The position numbers were made by a program, and so were the translations under genes. Positions 48,719-58,331 of a stretch of DNA of 64,000 nucleotides are shown piece after piece. Source of the stretch: Candidatus Poribacteria bacterium. GTDB lineage: Bacteria; Poribacteria; WGA-4E; WGA-3G. The notes under the pieces are model-generated. The model saw only the letters and a list, made by a program, of their open reading frames with translations, did not search any database and was not told where the DNA came from. The stretch covers positions 4,128,001 through 4,192,000 of the forward strand of contig OZ244048.1 in NCBI GenBank assembly GCA_965215265.1. Reading direction: 5' to 3'. Every line of letters starts with the position of its first letter. Positions within the stretch are counted from its first letter, which is position 1.

Positions 48719-51700
48719 ATGCCCGTGCAACCTGTAGGAAAAGTCCGGCAACATTGGTTAGTAAAAGTGCTGCTGATCGTCGCCGGTATCCTCTTGCTGA
48801 TTTCGCTGTTTTTTCCTTATTGGAGCGTAGAACTTGAAACGGGTATCTATCCCAAGGGACTGACGCTGCAGATCCGGCCTTATCGGCTTGAGGGCGACGT
48901 TGAAGAAATTGACCAACTTAACCACTACATCGGAATGCGGACGCTGAAAACTGCCGGGCAGCTTGAACGCGCCATCGCCATCCCTTCAATTATTCTCGCA
49001 GCTGTGTGTCTTCTCATCGCGCCCTTTGTTCCGAAAAAGTGGTCCCTATGGCTAACGTTGCCCGGGCTCGTGTTCCCTGCGATATTTCTTGGTGAGCTGT
49101 ATTGGTGGCTCCGCGAGAGCGGTCTAAATTTGCATCCCGATGCGCCTCTCAATCAGACAATCAAGCCATTCATACCGCCGCTCTTTGGCGATGGACAAAT
49201 CGCGCAGTTCAATGCAAAAGCCGCTTTCCAATTAGGCTTCTTCCTTGCCCTGCTCGCAGGGGCGTTGTCACGGGTGGCATTTTACCTGATGAAACCTCAA
49301 TGGTTAGCGAAAAGCCTGGTCGTTGATGCCGCCCTACTGTTGATGGTTTCGGTGCTCTTCCCATATTGGCGCGTGGATTTTGAAGCCAAGAAATTCCCGA
49401 AACCGCTGATTCTGCAGGTGCGCCCGCACCGCCTTGAAGGAAATATCCGCCAGATTGACAAACTCAACCAGGATTTGGGCATGCGCGAATTGGAAACCGT
49501 CGCAGAATTTGAGCGAAAAGTGGCCTTGCCGGCAATCGCCATCGCCACGTTCTGTTTGCTCATATCTCCTATTGTACACAAAAAATGGGCCTTCTGGTGC
49601 ACCCTTCCAAGTCTGCTGTTTCCACTTATATTCATTGCGGAACTCTATAGGTGGCTCCGAAACATAGGGCTAAATCTTGATCCGGAAATGGCACTCTATC
49701 CTGACGTACAACCTTTTGTGCCACCCCTTATTGGTATGGAAAAGGTAGGTTCACTCACAACTATCGCCACATTCCAAATAGGGTTCTATTTTGCTATCTT
49801 TGCCGCGTTGATAGCAGGCGTTTCACTCTATCTACAAAAACTGAAGCGACTCGACCTTCACAAGCAGCGCCTTACAATTTTCATGGGCGTGCTAACCCTC
49901 TCGATGACAATGCCGACAATGGCAGAGACGCGAATTGTCGAATCTGATACAACCATTGAGGAGACACTGAAGTTAGCTGAAAATGGCGACACAATTATTG
50001 TGAAAGGTGGGTACCATCAGGAACGTTTCGTGATAGATACATCCGTGACACTCATCGGTGAAGATAATCCGGTGATTGATGGAGCAGGTTTGGGCAGCGT
50101 TGTCATGGTGAACGCACCGGAAGTCACTATCCGTGGATTCACAATCCGCAACACAGGCATCCAACTTTCTTCCGGCGACGCGGGCATCATGATAAAAAAA
50201 GCAGAAGGCGCACTTATTGAGGAGAACCGCTTTGAAGATGTATTGTTCGGGGTTCAAGTACGAAACTCACCGTATACCCGTGTTCAAAACAACACATTTG
50301 AAGGCAAAGCCTTAGATGTGGGACGCCGCGGAGATCTCATTCGGGTTTGGTATAGTAATGGCACTCTTGTCGAAAACAATCATGTATCCGACGGGCGAGA
50401 TGTGGTGATCTGGTACTCAAAAGAGGTAACAGTCCAGCAAAACGAAGTGCGGAACGGGCGCTACGGCATTCATTTCATGTATTGCGACGACGCGACTATC
50501 ACTGAGAATCGGTTAATCGGAAACTCTGTCGGCATCTACCTGATGTACAGTTATCGTCTACAGTTGACGAAAAATTGGATTGTGGGCAACCGCGGCGCAA
50601 GTGGCTATGGAATCGGGCTCAAAGATATGCTTGATGGGGAAATCACGGATAACTTTATCGCAGACAACCGGGCCGGAATGTTCATGGATAACGCAACAAA
50701 TACCTTTAATAACAATCTGATTGCCTTCAACGATTCCGGGCTTTTAGTCCTACCCTCCGCACGAAAAAATCATTTCGCCAAAAATAGCTTTGTTGATAAT
50801 GGAGAGCAGGTAACGATTGAGGGACAAGGCTCAATTCGGAGTAATCAATGGACTGGAAATTATTGGAGTGATTACAGCGGTTACGATGCAAATCACGACG
50901 GCACCGGCGATGCACCCTACCAATCTGTGCATCTGTTTGAGAGGTTGACAGAACAACACCCAGTCCTGCGGCTTTTTACCTACAGCCCCTCAGTAAGTGC
51001 GATTGATTTTGCAACCCGCCTGTTTCCTCTATTTATGCCACAACCGAAACTCACCGATGAAGCGCCTCGCATGCACCCGATGCCTCCAATGCTTGAAACC
51101 CCTCAAAACCGAGTGTCAGCAGTCTGGCTGATCGGTTCTGCTATCTTATGTCTCTCAGGGCTCACCTGTGCCGGATCAGGCAAATGGGTTTCGCGTTTCG
51201 CAGGGCACATTTCACACAGTAGGCACCGCGAAAACCTCAAGATGGATGCGATGCCACATCACACAAGACTCGCACCTGCTATCTTCGTCCGCAATCTGAC
51301 CAAACGCTATGGGCGTGTAACCGCTGTGGACGATTTGAGTTTTGACGTGACTGCCGGTGAAACAGTTGCACTATGGGGCGCAAATGGTGCAGGGAAAACG
51401 ACGGTGCTACGGTGTATATTGGGTATCCTGCCTTTTGATGGAACGGTAACGGTAGGCAATAACGGCGAAGAGGCATCAGCTATATCCGCGTCAAATTCAT
51501 CTCGTACAGAAGGCAAAGTACTCCGTGGACAAATGGGTTACGTCCCGCAAGAGGTAAGGCTCCACAGCGACCTAACGGTGAAAGAGACAGTCACGTTTTA
51601 CGCCCGGCTTCGATCGGTACCGCAAATCGAGGTCGAGCAGCTCATGAAAGAGTGGCAGCTTTTCGAGATTCTAAATAAGCGGGTAGGCACACTTTCTGGC

Positions 51701-52171
51701 GGTATGAAACAGCGGCTGTCGCTCGCAATTGCGCTGCTCTCGAATCCACCGATTCTTTTATTAGATGAACCGACGAGTAATTTAGACAGAGAAACACGTC
51801 AGGAATTTTGGGCTGCATTGGAACATCTCAGGGCAGCGGGCAAAACACTCATCTTCTGCTCGCATCGACTTGATGAAATCACCGCGCTCGCAGACCGCGT
51901 CATCGTTATAAAGAACGGAAAAAAGGTCACAGAAGGCCCGCCCACTTCTCTTAACAGTCATCTTTCAACGGACGTGTTGTTGAATCTGACTATCCCCGAG
52001 GCGTTTCACGGGCGTGCGAAAACGCTCCTCGCGCAGCACGGTTTCTCTGTGCAGTGCAGCGGCATGAATCTCTCAGTCCACACAGCGAATAACATGAAAA
52101 TTGAGGTCTTTCAAGTCTTGATGGATGCCGCTATTCCTATACACGATTTTGAGTACTGCAGCCAATTTTAG
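48719..52171 (+). CDS. nosD: Fusion of two NosB-like membrane domains, NosD, a TM helix and the NosF ABC ATPase
   Basis: PYW..L....YP.GL..EID.LNHYIGM (twice); RGD.IR.WYS, RYGIHFMY, GNYWSDY.GYD...DG.GD; GANGAGKTT, LSGGM, LDEPT. Confidence 0.85.
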   Translation: MPVQPVGKVRQHWLVKVLLIVAGILLLISLFFPYWSVELETGIYPKGLTLQIRPYRLEGDVEEIDQLNHYIGMRTLKTAGQLERAIAIPSIILAAVCLLIAPFVPKKWSLWLTLPGLVFPAIFLGELYWWLRESGLNLHPDAPLNQTIKPFIPPLFGDGQIAQFNAKAAFQLGFFLALLAGALSRVAFYLMKPQWLAKSLVVDAALLLMVSVLFPYWRVDFEAKKFPKPLILQVRPHRLEGNIRQIDKLNQDLGMRELETVAEFERKVALPAIAIATFCLLISPIVHKKWAFWCTLPSLLFPLIFIAELYRWLRNIGLNLDPEMALYPDVQPFVPPLIGMEKVGSLTTIATFQIGFYFAIFAALIAGVSLYLQKLKRLDLHKQRLTIFMGVLTLSMTMPTMAETRIVESDTTIEETLKLAENGDTIIVKGGYHQERFVIDTSVTLIGEDNPVIDGAGLGSVVMVNAPEVTIRGFTIRNTGIQLSSGDAGIMIKKAEGALIEENRFEDVLFGVQVRNSPYTRVQNNTFEGKALDVGRRGDLIRVWYSNGTLVENNHVSDGRDVVIWYSKEVTVQQNEVRNGRYGIHFMYCDDATITENRLIGNSVGIYLMYSYRLQLTKNWIVGNRGASGYGIGLKDMLDGEITDNFIADNRAGMFMDNATNTFNNNLIAFNDSGLLVLPSARKNHFAKNSFVDNGEQVTIEGQGSIRSNQWTGNYWSDYSGYDANHDGTGDAPYQSVHLFERLTEQHPVLRLFTYSPSVSAIDFATRLFPLFMPQPKLTDEAPRMHPMPPMLETPQNRVSAVWLIGSAILCLSGLTCAGSGKWVSRFAGHISHSRHRENLKMDAMPHHTRLAPAIFVRNLTKRYGRVTAVDDLSFDVTAGETVALWGANGAGKTTVLRCILGILPFDGTVTVGNNGEEASAISASNSSRTEGKVLRGQMGYVPQEVRLHSDLTVKETVTFYARLRSVPQIEVEQLMKEWQLFEILNKRVGTLSGGMKQRLSLAIALLSNPPILLLDEPTSNLDRETRQEFWAALEHLRAAGKTLIFCSHRLDEITALADRVIVIKNGKKVTEGPPTSLNSHLSTDVLLNLTIPEAFHGRAKTLLAQHGFSVQCSGMNLSVHTANNMKIEVFQVLMDAAIPIHDFEYCSQF

Positions 52172-52485
52172 TCTACGGCAGCACAACAAAGATTGCTGTA
52201 ATGTTCAATCCACTATAAATCTCGCCAGAGCCGTTTGATGTTATGATTTTAAAGGCTATACCTAGAGCGGCTCCGACGAGATTTACACACGAGCCATCAA
52301 AAGCATAAGTGCTGATGGTACGGAGATATACGAAAACACGAGATTTACACACGAGCCATCAAAGCATAAGCGCTGATGGCACGGAGATATACAAAAGATT
52401 GAATCTAAACATCAGGAGTCTCAGACGAGATTTACACACGAATACTCACGACATAAACGTCGACGGTACGGAGATATACAAAAAG
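52168..52485 (+). repeat. Dispersed palindromic repeat (left arm, core, three right arms)
   Basis: 3x ACGAGATTTACACACG...CGGAGATATAC. Confidence 0.8.
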
Positions 52486-52498
52486 AAGGGGACGAGGC

Positions 52499-53335
52499 AT
52501 GACAAATTCAGCAATTGTAAACATTGCGATTGTGATGCGTAAAGAGGCAGCGGATTCTAGACGTAATAAATGGTTTATCCTATTTACCGTGGTTTTTGCA
52601 GGATTAGCACTCGGATTCAGTCTGCTTGGATTTTCAGGGCTTGGCACTTTCGGCATTGCCGGGTTTGGTCGAACAGTCGCAAGCTTGATTAATCTTGTGA
52701 TGCTGATCGTACCGCTTATGGGGCTTATGTTAGGGGCTATCAGCATTTCCGGCGAACGCGAGCGCGGCAGCCTACTCCCCTTGCTCGCCCAACCCATAGT
52801 GCCCACAGAGCTTTTGCTCGGCAAATACTGCGGCACAGCAGTCGCGCTCACAGCATCAATTCTATTCGGCTTTGGATTCAGCGGCATCGTTATCGCTTGG
52901 CAGGGCGGGCTCGCACAATTCAGCGATTACTTGATGCTAGTTGGATTGACCTTACTAATTGGGCTGGTACATGTAAGCATCGGATTCCTCCTCTCTGCGT
53001 TTACATCGAAAAGCACAACAGCTATAAGTATCGCACTGCTCCTCTGGCTAACCATTGTCTTTATCAGCGACTTGGGGTTAATCGGGACAGCTGTTGTACT
53101 GCGGCTCGCACCTTCCGTAATGCTGGCATTCGCATTGATTAACCCTGCGCAGGTGTTCAAATTAGCAGCAGTTCATATCATACAAGGGAATCTCGAAATA
53201 CTCGGCGCAGCAGGACTTTATGCCGCCGATGTTTTTGGAGGTTTGCTGTTACCTACACTGATAGCGTTGCTTTCCCTATGGGTATTTATCCCCCTCTTGC
53301 TGGCAATTGGTGTCTTTCGACGAAGGAGTTTCTAA
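52499..53335 (+). CDS. nosY: Cu-maturation ABC permease NosY
   Basis: KE..DS.RN.W, ASL.NLV...VPL.GL, ERE.G.L..LL.QP, GK..G, NP..F. Confidence 0.85.
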   Translation: MTNSAIVNIAIVMRKEAADSRRNKWFILFTVVFAGLALGFSLLGFSGLGTFGIAGFGRTVASLINLVMLIVPLMGLMLGAISISGERERGSLLPLLAQPIVPTELLLGKYCGTAVALTASILFGFGFSGIVIAWQGGLAQFSDYLMLVGLTLLIGLVHVSIGFLLSAFTSKSTTAISIALLLWLTIVFISDLGLIGTAVVLRLAPSVMLAFALINPAQVFKLAAVHIIQGNLEILGAAGLYAADVFGGLLLPTLIALLSLWVFIPLLLAIGVFRRRSF

Positions 53336-53799
53336 TGAAACAGAGAACAAGCGGCACGTTACGCCTCACGTTGACGGTTATCATCATGAGTGTGATAACT
53401 CTCAGTTGTAACACAAAAGAGGAAACGCTTCCACGGATCCGCTACGGAGAGGAAACCTGTGATCGATGTCGCATGATCATCAGCGAAAAACGTTTTGCAG
53501 CCGCATACCAGACCGGTGAAAATGTGATGCAGAAATTCGACGATTTAGGATGTGCTGTCATTTATCGTAACGAACACAGTGAACGGATTAAACATTTTTG
53601 GGTATATGATTACGAAGAAACCGCTTGGTTAGATACAGCACAAGTGTTCTTCGTACGGAGTACAGACCTATTGACACCGATGGGCTACGGAATTGTCGCA
53701 GTAAAAACAAAAATAGAAGCGCAACGCTTGGCGGAAAATACAAACGGTGAACTTGTAGAATTTAACCAACTTCAACACATCTTAACCGATAATCAATAA
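53335..53799 (+). CDS. nosL: Copper chaperone lipoprotein NosL
   Basis: Lipobox LSC, CDRCRMII, FDDLGC, TPMGYG; ATG overlaps the nosY stop. Confidence 0.9.
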   Translation: MKQRTSGTLRLTLTVIIMSVITLSCNTKEETLPRIRYGEETCDRCRMIISEKRFAAAYQTGENVMQKFDDLGCAVIYRNEHSERIKHFWVYDYEETAWLDTAQVFFVRSTDLLTPMGYGIVAVKTKIEAQRLAENTNGELVEFNQLQHILTDNQ

Positions 53800-53802
53800 A
53801 GT

Positions 53803-54028
53803 CTTTAGTATATCTTAGCACGTCACAAGTTGCTGCTATGTTAATAACTTTACAAATCTCGTTCCCTCGTCTACAGGAGCCCGATACAAGGCTACTGCTA
53901 TGTTAATAACTTTACAACACGAGCCATCAAAAGCATAAGCGGCGGTGGTACGGAGATATACGAAAATACGAGATTTACACACAAGCCATCACAACATAAA
54001 CGATGATGGTACGGAGATATACAAAAAA
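53803..54028 (+). repeat. Dispersed palindromic repeat family copy
   Basis: Two left arms (GCTGCTATGTTAATAACTTTACAA) and two right arms. Confidence 0.75.
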
Positions 54029-54829
54029 ATGAAAATTATTATTGCAGTGTTTACTGCTTGTTTACTGATTGTCACTGGATACCGACACCTAGTACTCAAA
54101 GAAACACGCTCAACAGCATGGGCAGCGGATGAAAGCACAGACACTTCTGTATCAAACACGGTGGAGACACCCGATACCGGCACCATTAAAGGTACAGTTA
54201 CATTTGAAGGTGACGCACCATTTAGGCGCGCAATCAACTTCGGGGCAGAATTGCAATGCAAAAAACTACACGAAGGAAAAGTGTACTACGAAGACCTTGT
54301 CGTCAGCGATGACGGAACACTTCGCGATGCCTTCATCTATATAAGAGGCAGCGTTAAGGGTGAATTTAAACCGACAACGGAACCCGTTGTCATCGATCAG
54401 AAGGGATGCATTTTTATACCACATGTGGTAGGGGCAATGGTCGGACAACCAGTAGAATTTCTGAACAGCGATCCGGTCCTTCACAATGTCCGAACGGTAT
54501 CCACACAAAAGAAACCGCTGAAAGAAACACCCTTTAACATTTCCCAGCCAAAGCAGGGAATGAAGTATACCCACACCTTTACCAAAATGGATATCGGCAT
54601 CCCGCTGCGATGTGATGTTCACCATTGGATGGCGGCGTATATTCATGTTGTACCGCATCCATTTTTTGCAGTCACAGACGAAAAAGGTACTTTTAAAATT
54701 CAAGGGCTCCCGCCACGCACTTACACTTTAGAGGTATGGCATGGAAAATTAGGGACGCAGAAAGTCAAAGTCACAGTTGAAGCGGGAAAAACGCAGAATG
54801 TGGATTTTTCGTATACTGCACCCCAATAA
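54029..54829 (+). CDS. Exported cupredoxin / carboxypeptidase-regulatory-like domain protein
   Basis: DQKGCIF.PHV, NSD..LHNV, CDVHHWM, HP.FAVTD..G.F.I. Confidence 0.75.
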   Translation: MKIIIAVFTACLLIVTGYRHLVLKETRSTAWAADESTDTSVSNTVETPDTGTIKGTVTFEGDAPFRRAINFGAELQCKKLHEGKVYYEDLVVSDDGTLRDAFIYIRGSVKGEFKPTTEPVVIDQKGCIFIPHVVGAMVGQPVEFLNSDPVLHNVRTVSTQKKPLKETPFNISQPKQGMKYTHTFTKMDIGIPLRCDVHHWMAAYIHVVPHPFFAVTDEKGTFKIQGLPPRTYTLEVWHGKLGTQKVKVTVEAGKTQNVDFSYTAPQ

Positions 54830-55097
54830 AGGCAGTTGTTATGTTTAGTCCTTTACAAACCTCGCCAGAGCCATTCGAGCTATTGAATCATAACAACGTA
54901 AATCCCTGGCGAAATTTATCTATAGATTGGCAGGATAAGGTAATCAGGTCCCAATGGGTGGCAGGAGAGACAAGAATACCGAACCTGCCAACACAAGTAT
55001 TAGCAAAACATAAACCGTTATGGTACGGAGATATACGAAAGATCAAAACAGAGCACGTTGATGTGCTGAAATATGCGAAAAAGGGAGATATACGAAA
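54830..55097 (+). repeat. Degenerate copy of the dispersed repeat family
   Basis: TTTACAAACCTCGCCAGAGCC; GGTACGGAGATATACGAAA; GGAGATATACGAAAAA. Confidence 0.55.
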
Positions 55098-55099
55098 AA

Positions 55100-56302
55100 A
55101 TGAGATTTGTGCAAGCATTATCATTAAATCCGTCTTTGTGGTGCTGCTGTAGACGAATTATCCTTCTCAGCCTGTTTACTGTCGGAGGTGTTCTGTTCAT
55201 GCATCCGCACGCCGAAGGATATATCACAAAACGTTATACCGTCGAAAAAATCATCCAGGAAAGTAGCAACGTCGTTTTCGGAACCGTGACAGAAGTCGAT
55301 GCTAAACGACGCACTGCAACGGTTAAGGTTGAAGAAAATCTCAAAGGGACTAACGAATTTAACGAGATTAAGATCCGGTTTGATGTCTATAAAGGTGAAA
55401 AAGATCAGCGGCGCGAAATTGCAGCACTGTTAAAGAGAGATAAACCGATTATCTTCTTTTATCTCCATGAACGCGGACGGAGAATTGATGCACTTGGACA
55501 TATAGACGGGACTTGGTTTCAGACCCAAGCGACATATCGGAACAATAAACCACCGCGCTGGTGGATGTTCACTCACCTTGAAATATATCTCAATAAGGAT
55601 GAAGTCTCGAAAAGAGAATCAACACCGGATTTTCAGAAAGAACTACGGGCCGCCCTGAAACCACCAGAAGGGGTCGAGTTGACTCACATGTTGGTACTTA
55701 AAGCCGAGCGCTACGATTCCGAACACCGAATCCTATCTCAGATTAAACAAGTTGGAAAACAGTGGATGGCATATCAGGATACCCGAAACCGGGATTTACC
55801 CGGAATTGAGGACACCGACATCTTGTGGCTCGGCTTCCGCGCACTCTCCGAAGGGCGCTACACGCTCAACAAAACACAAGAAATTCGGATTAAAAAATTT
55901 GTCCGAGCAGGCGGTGTCGTGATTGCCTCTGGGCAGGATAGCGATACCGACCGGCCATGCAGAACCGGTTGGTTACCAGAACCGCTCCGTGGTGTTGAAA
56001 GCAAGTCCCGCAATGATTTTAAACCCACATCCCGCGCCGGCGAACTGTTTAAAGCACCACACCGCATCCGCTCCGGGCAGCTTGTCCTTGACGATTCATG
56101 GGACGGATGGAACCAGAAATATGAAGTACTCGCAACTACTAATAACGGAAAGGAAATTGTTGTCGCTAAACTGAAATATGGGAAAGGGATGTACCTCATT
56201 ACGAGTCTTCACAATCGTAATAATTCGCATGTTTCTAAAAATCGCCGGATGCTGGAGAACCTGATGCATTTCGCTATAGAATTTCTGAGTCAATCTAGAT
56301 AG
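55100..56302 (+). CDS. Hypothetical exported protein (possible GATase-like C-terminal domain)
   Basis: Long ORF with signal-like N-terminus; FVRAGGVVIA and YGKG.Y motifs. Confidence 0.65.
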   Translation: MRFVQALSLNPSLWCCCRRIILLSLFTVGGVLFMHPHAEGYITKRYTVEKIIQESSNVVFGTVTEVDAKRRTATVKVEENLKGTNEFNEIKIRFDVYKGEKDQRREIAALLKRDKPIIFFYLHERGRRIDALGHIDGTWFQTQATYRNNKPPRWWMFTHLEIYLNKDEVSKRESTPDFQKELRAALKPPEGVELTHMLVLKAERYDSEHRILSQIKQVGKQWMAYQDTRNRDLPGIEDTDILWLGFRALSEGRYTLNKTQEIRIKKFVRAGGVVIASGQDSDTDRPCRTGWLPEPLRGVESKSRNDFKPTSRAGELFKAPHRIRSGQLVLDDSWDGWNQKYEVLATTNNGKEIVVAKLKYGKGMYLITSLHNRNNSHVSKNRRMLENLMHFAIEFLSQSR

Positions 56303-56309
56303 CACAACT

Positions 56310-56625
56310 CTTTAGTATCTCTTAGCACAACAAAGACTGCTTTTATGAACACCTTCGCACAAATCTCGTCTGAGCCCTTCGCGGTTTAGATTCTAAACAG
56401 AGAAAGCCTCCGACGAGATTTATACACGAGCCTTCAAAAGCATAAGCGATGATGGCACGGAGATATACAAAAGATTGAATCTAAACATCAGGAGCCTCCG
56501 ACGAGATTTACACACGAGCCTTCAAAAGCATAAGCGATGATGGTACAGAGATATACGAAAAAACGAGATTTACACACGAGCCTTCAAAAGCATAAGCGAT
56601 GATGGCACGGAGATATACAAAAACG
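56310..56625 (+). repeat. Dispersed palindromic repeat (left arm, core, three right arms)
   Basis: 3x ACGAGATTTA(C/T)ACACGAGCCTTCAAAAGCATAAGCGATGATGG. Confidence 0.85.
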
Positions 56626-56669
56626 TCAGCCTTTATTGTGCTGCACCATACGAAAAGAGGTAACCTCAC

Positions 56670-58190
56670 ATGCGAAAAGCCATATTATTAATGCTGAGTT
56701 TTCTATTGGTCTTAGTTAACTTCGCGAACCCCGCACATGCTGTGATTCCGCAGCTCCTCGGGCCCCTGTCTGCGTTGCTTAGCATCATCCCGCAGATTCT
56801 CGCCTTTGTTGGCATTGCACTCATAACCGTGCTTGTGTTCGCGCGAGATACCACGAAGATGTTTTTCTACCGTCTTCGAGACTTCGCAGTAGCACACAAA
56901 GCGATTGCTTCAGGCGTCGCACTGGTTACCCTCGTCGCACTAATGTGGAGCATCTACTATCTCATCGGGCCGCTGACAAAGCCTGTCACAACCGCAGTTA
57001 ACACTAACACTATCAGGACAGGTACTCCAATTAGCCCTTGGACAACCTTCAGAGGAAATCAGAACCGCACCGGCTACGCGAACGACGTACCGGGTCCAGC
57101 ATCTGGAAATCCAGTTTGGATTTTCGCTGCGAAAGACGCTGTAGCGGTTGACTTTTCTTCATCTCCCGCCGTTACCGGAAATCGGCTCTATATCGGTGCC
57201 TCTCGCGGCTCAATCTTTGCACTTGGCGGCGCAACCTATTGCATTGACATAGAGAAAGGCGAGGAACTCTGGCGACACGATTCGGATATCCCAATTTTCT
57301 CCTCTCCTGCTGTCGCTGGAGGCCGTGTCTACATCGGTGAAGGATACCACCAAGATAGTCGATGTCACCTCCGTTGTCTGGATGCAAAAACTGGGGAACT
57401 GATATGGAGTTTTAGGACAGAAAGCCACGTAGAATCAACGCCTTTCATCAGTCAAGGTAAGCTCTATTTTACAGCCGGGGCAGATGGTGTCTATTGCGTT
57501 GATGCCCTAGAAGGAAAACTCATCTGGCACTACCCGGCGGTCCATGCAGATATGTCACCCTTGGTTCATAAAGGCAAGGTCTACTTCGGCACCGGTTATG
57601 GCGATTACCGTGTTTATGCTGTTGACGCACAAACCGGCAAAGAGATTTGGACTATACCTATGCCTTATCCTGTCTGGGGCAGTCCGAGTATTTACCAAAC
57701 CCTCGTCTTTTTTGGACTCGGTACGGGCAATTTTTCCGATAGTGCCTCAAATCCCAACGGCAGGGTTGTAGCGATTAACGCTGATACCGGAGAGAGTGTA
57801 TGGGAGTATGAAGCAAAAGATGCTGTGCTAACCGCCATTGCAAGCCATAACGGGTACGTGACGTTCGGCGCTCGTGACGGATTTGTGTACACGCTTATCG
57901 CGAAAGACGGAAAAAAGCATTGGGCAACAGAGCTCGGAGCACCCGTTGTTTCTTCACCTGCTGTAGCAGCGAATAACGTTTATGTTGCCGCACAGAACGG
58001 GCGCATTTACGCACTCTCTGTTGATGACGGGGAAGTAGAGTGGGAATTCAATATGCGAGATGTAGCACGAGGAATTGAACTCTACTCGTCGCCCGCAATC
58101 GCAAACGGCCATCTGTACATCGGCTCTAGCGACCGGTACATCTTTTGTTTGGGCGGAAAGGGTAGCAAGCAGCACCACACAGACCGGTAG
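56670..58190 (+). CDS. Membrane-anchored PQQ-like beta-propeller (BamB-like) protein
   Basis: W.TFRGN..RTG, repeated SSPAV..G.VY.G and DA.TG..IW; N-terminal TM helices. Confidence 0.85.
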   Translation: MRKAILLMLSFLLVLVNFANPAHAVIPQLLGPLSALLSIIPQILAFVGIALITVLVFARDTTKMFFYRLRDFAVAHKAIASGVALVTLVALMWSIYYLIGPLTKPVTTAVNTNTIRTGTPISPWTTFRGNQNRTGYANDVPGPASGNPVWIFAAKDAVAVDFSSSPAVTGNRLYIGASRGSIFALGGATYCIDIEKGEELWRHDSDIPIFSSPAVAGGRVYIGEGYHQDSRCHLRCLDAKTGELIWSFRTESHVESTPFISQGKLYFTAGADGVYCVDALEGKLIWHYPAVHADMSPLVHKGKVYFGTGYGDYRVYAVDAQTGKEIWTIPMPYPVWGSPSIYQTLVFFGLGTGNFSDSASNPNGRVVAINADTGESVWEYEAKDAVLTAIASHNGYVTFGARDGFVYTLIAKDGKKHWATELGAPVVSSPAVAANNVYVAAQNGRIYALSVDDGEVEWEFNMRDVARGIELYSSPAIANGHLYIGSSDRYIFCLGGKGSKQHHTDR

Positions 58191-58331
58191 AAATACAAAA
58201 AAATAAGATAACAAAAATTCAACTGCACAAACTAAAAATATTAACCCTTACAACGCACTAATTCGCGTTGTAGCAAGCAAATTCGCGCAGCTTGCCAGAA
58301 ATGCACGACAATTAAAACAAGGAGAATTAAA

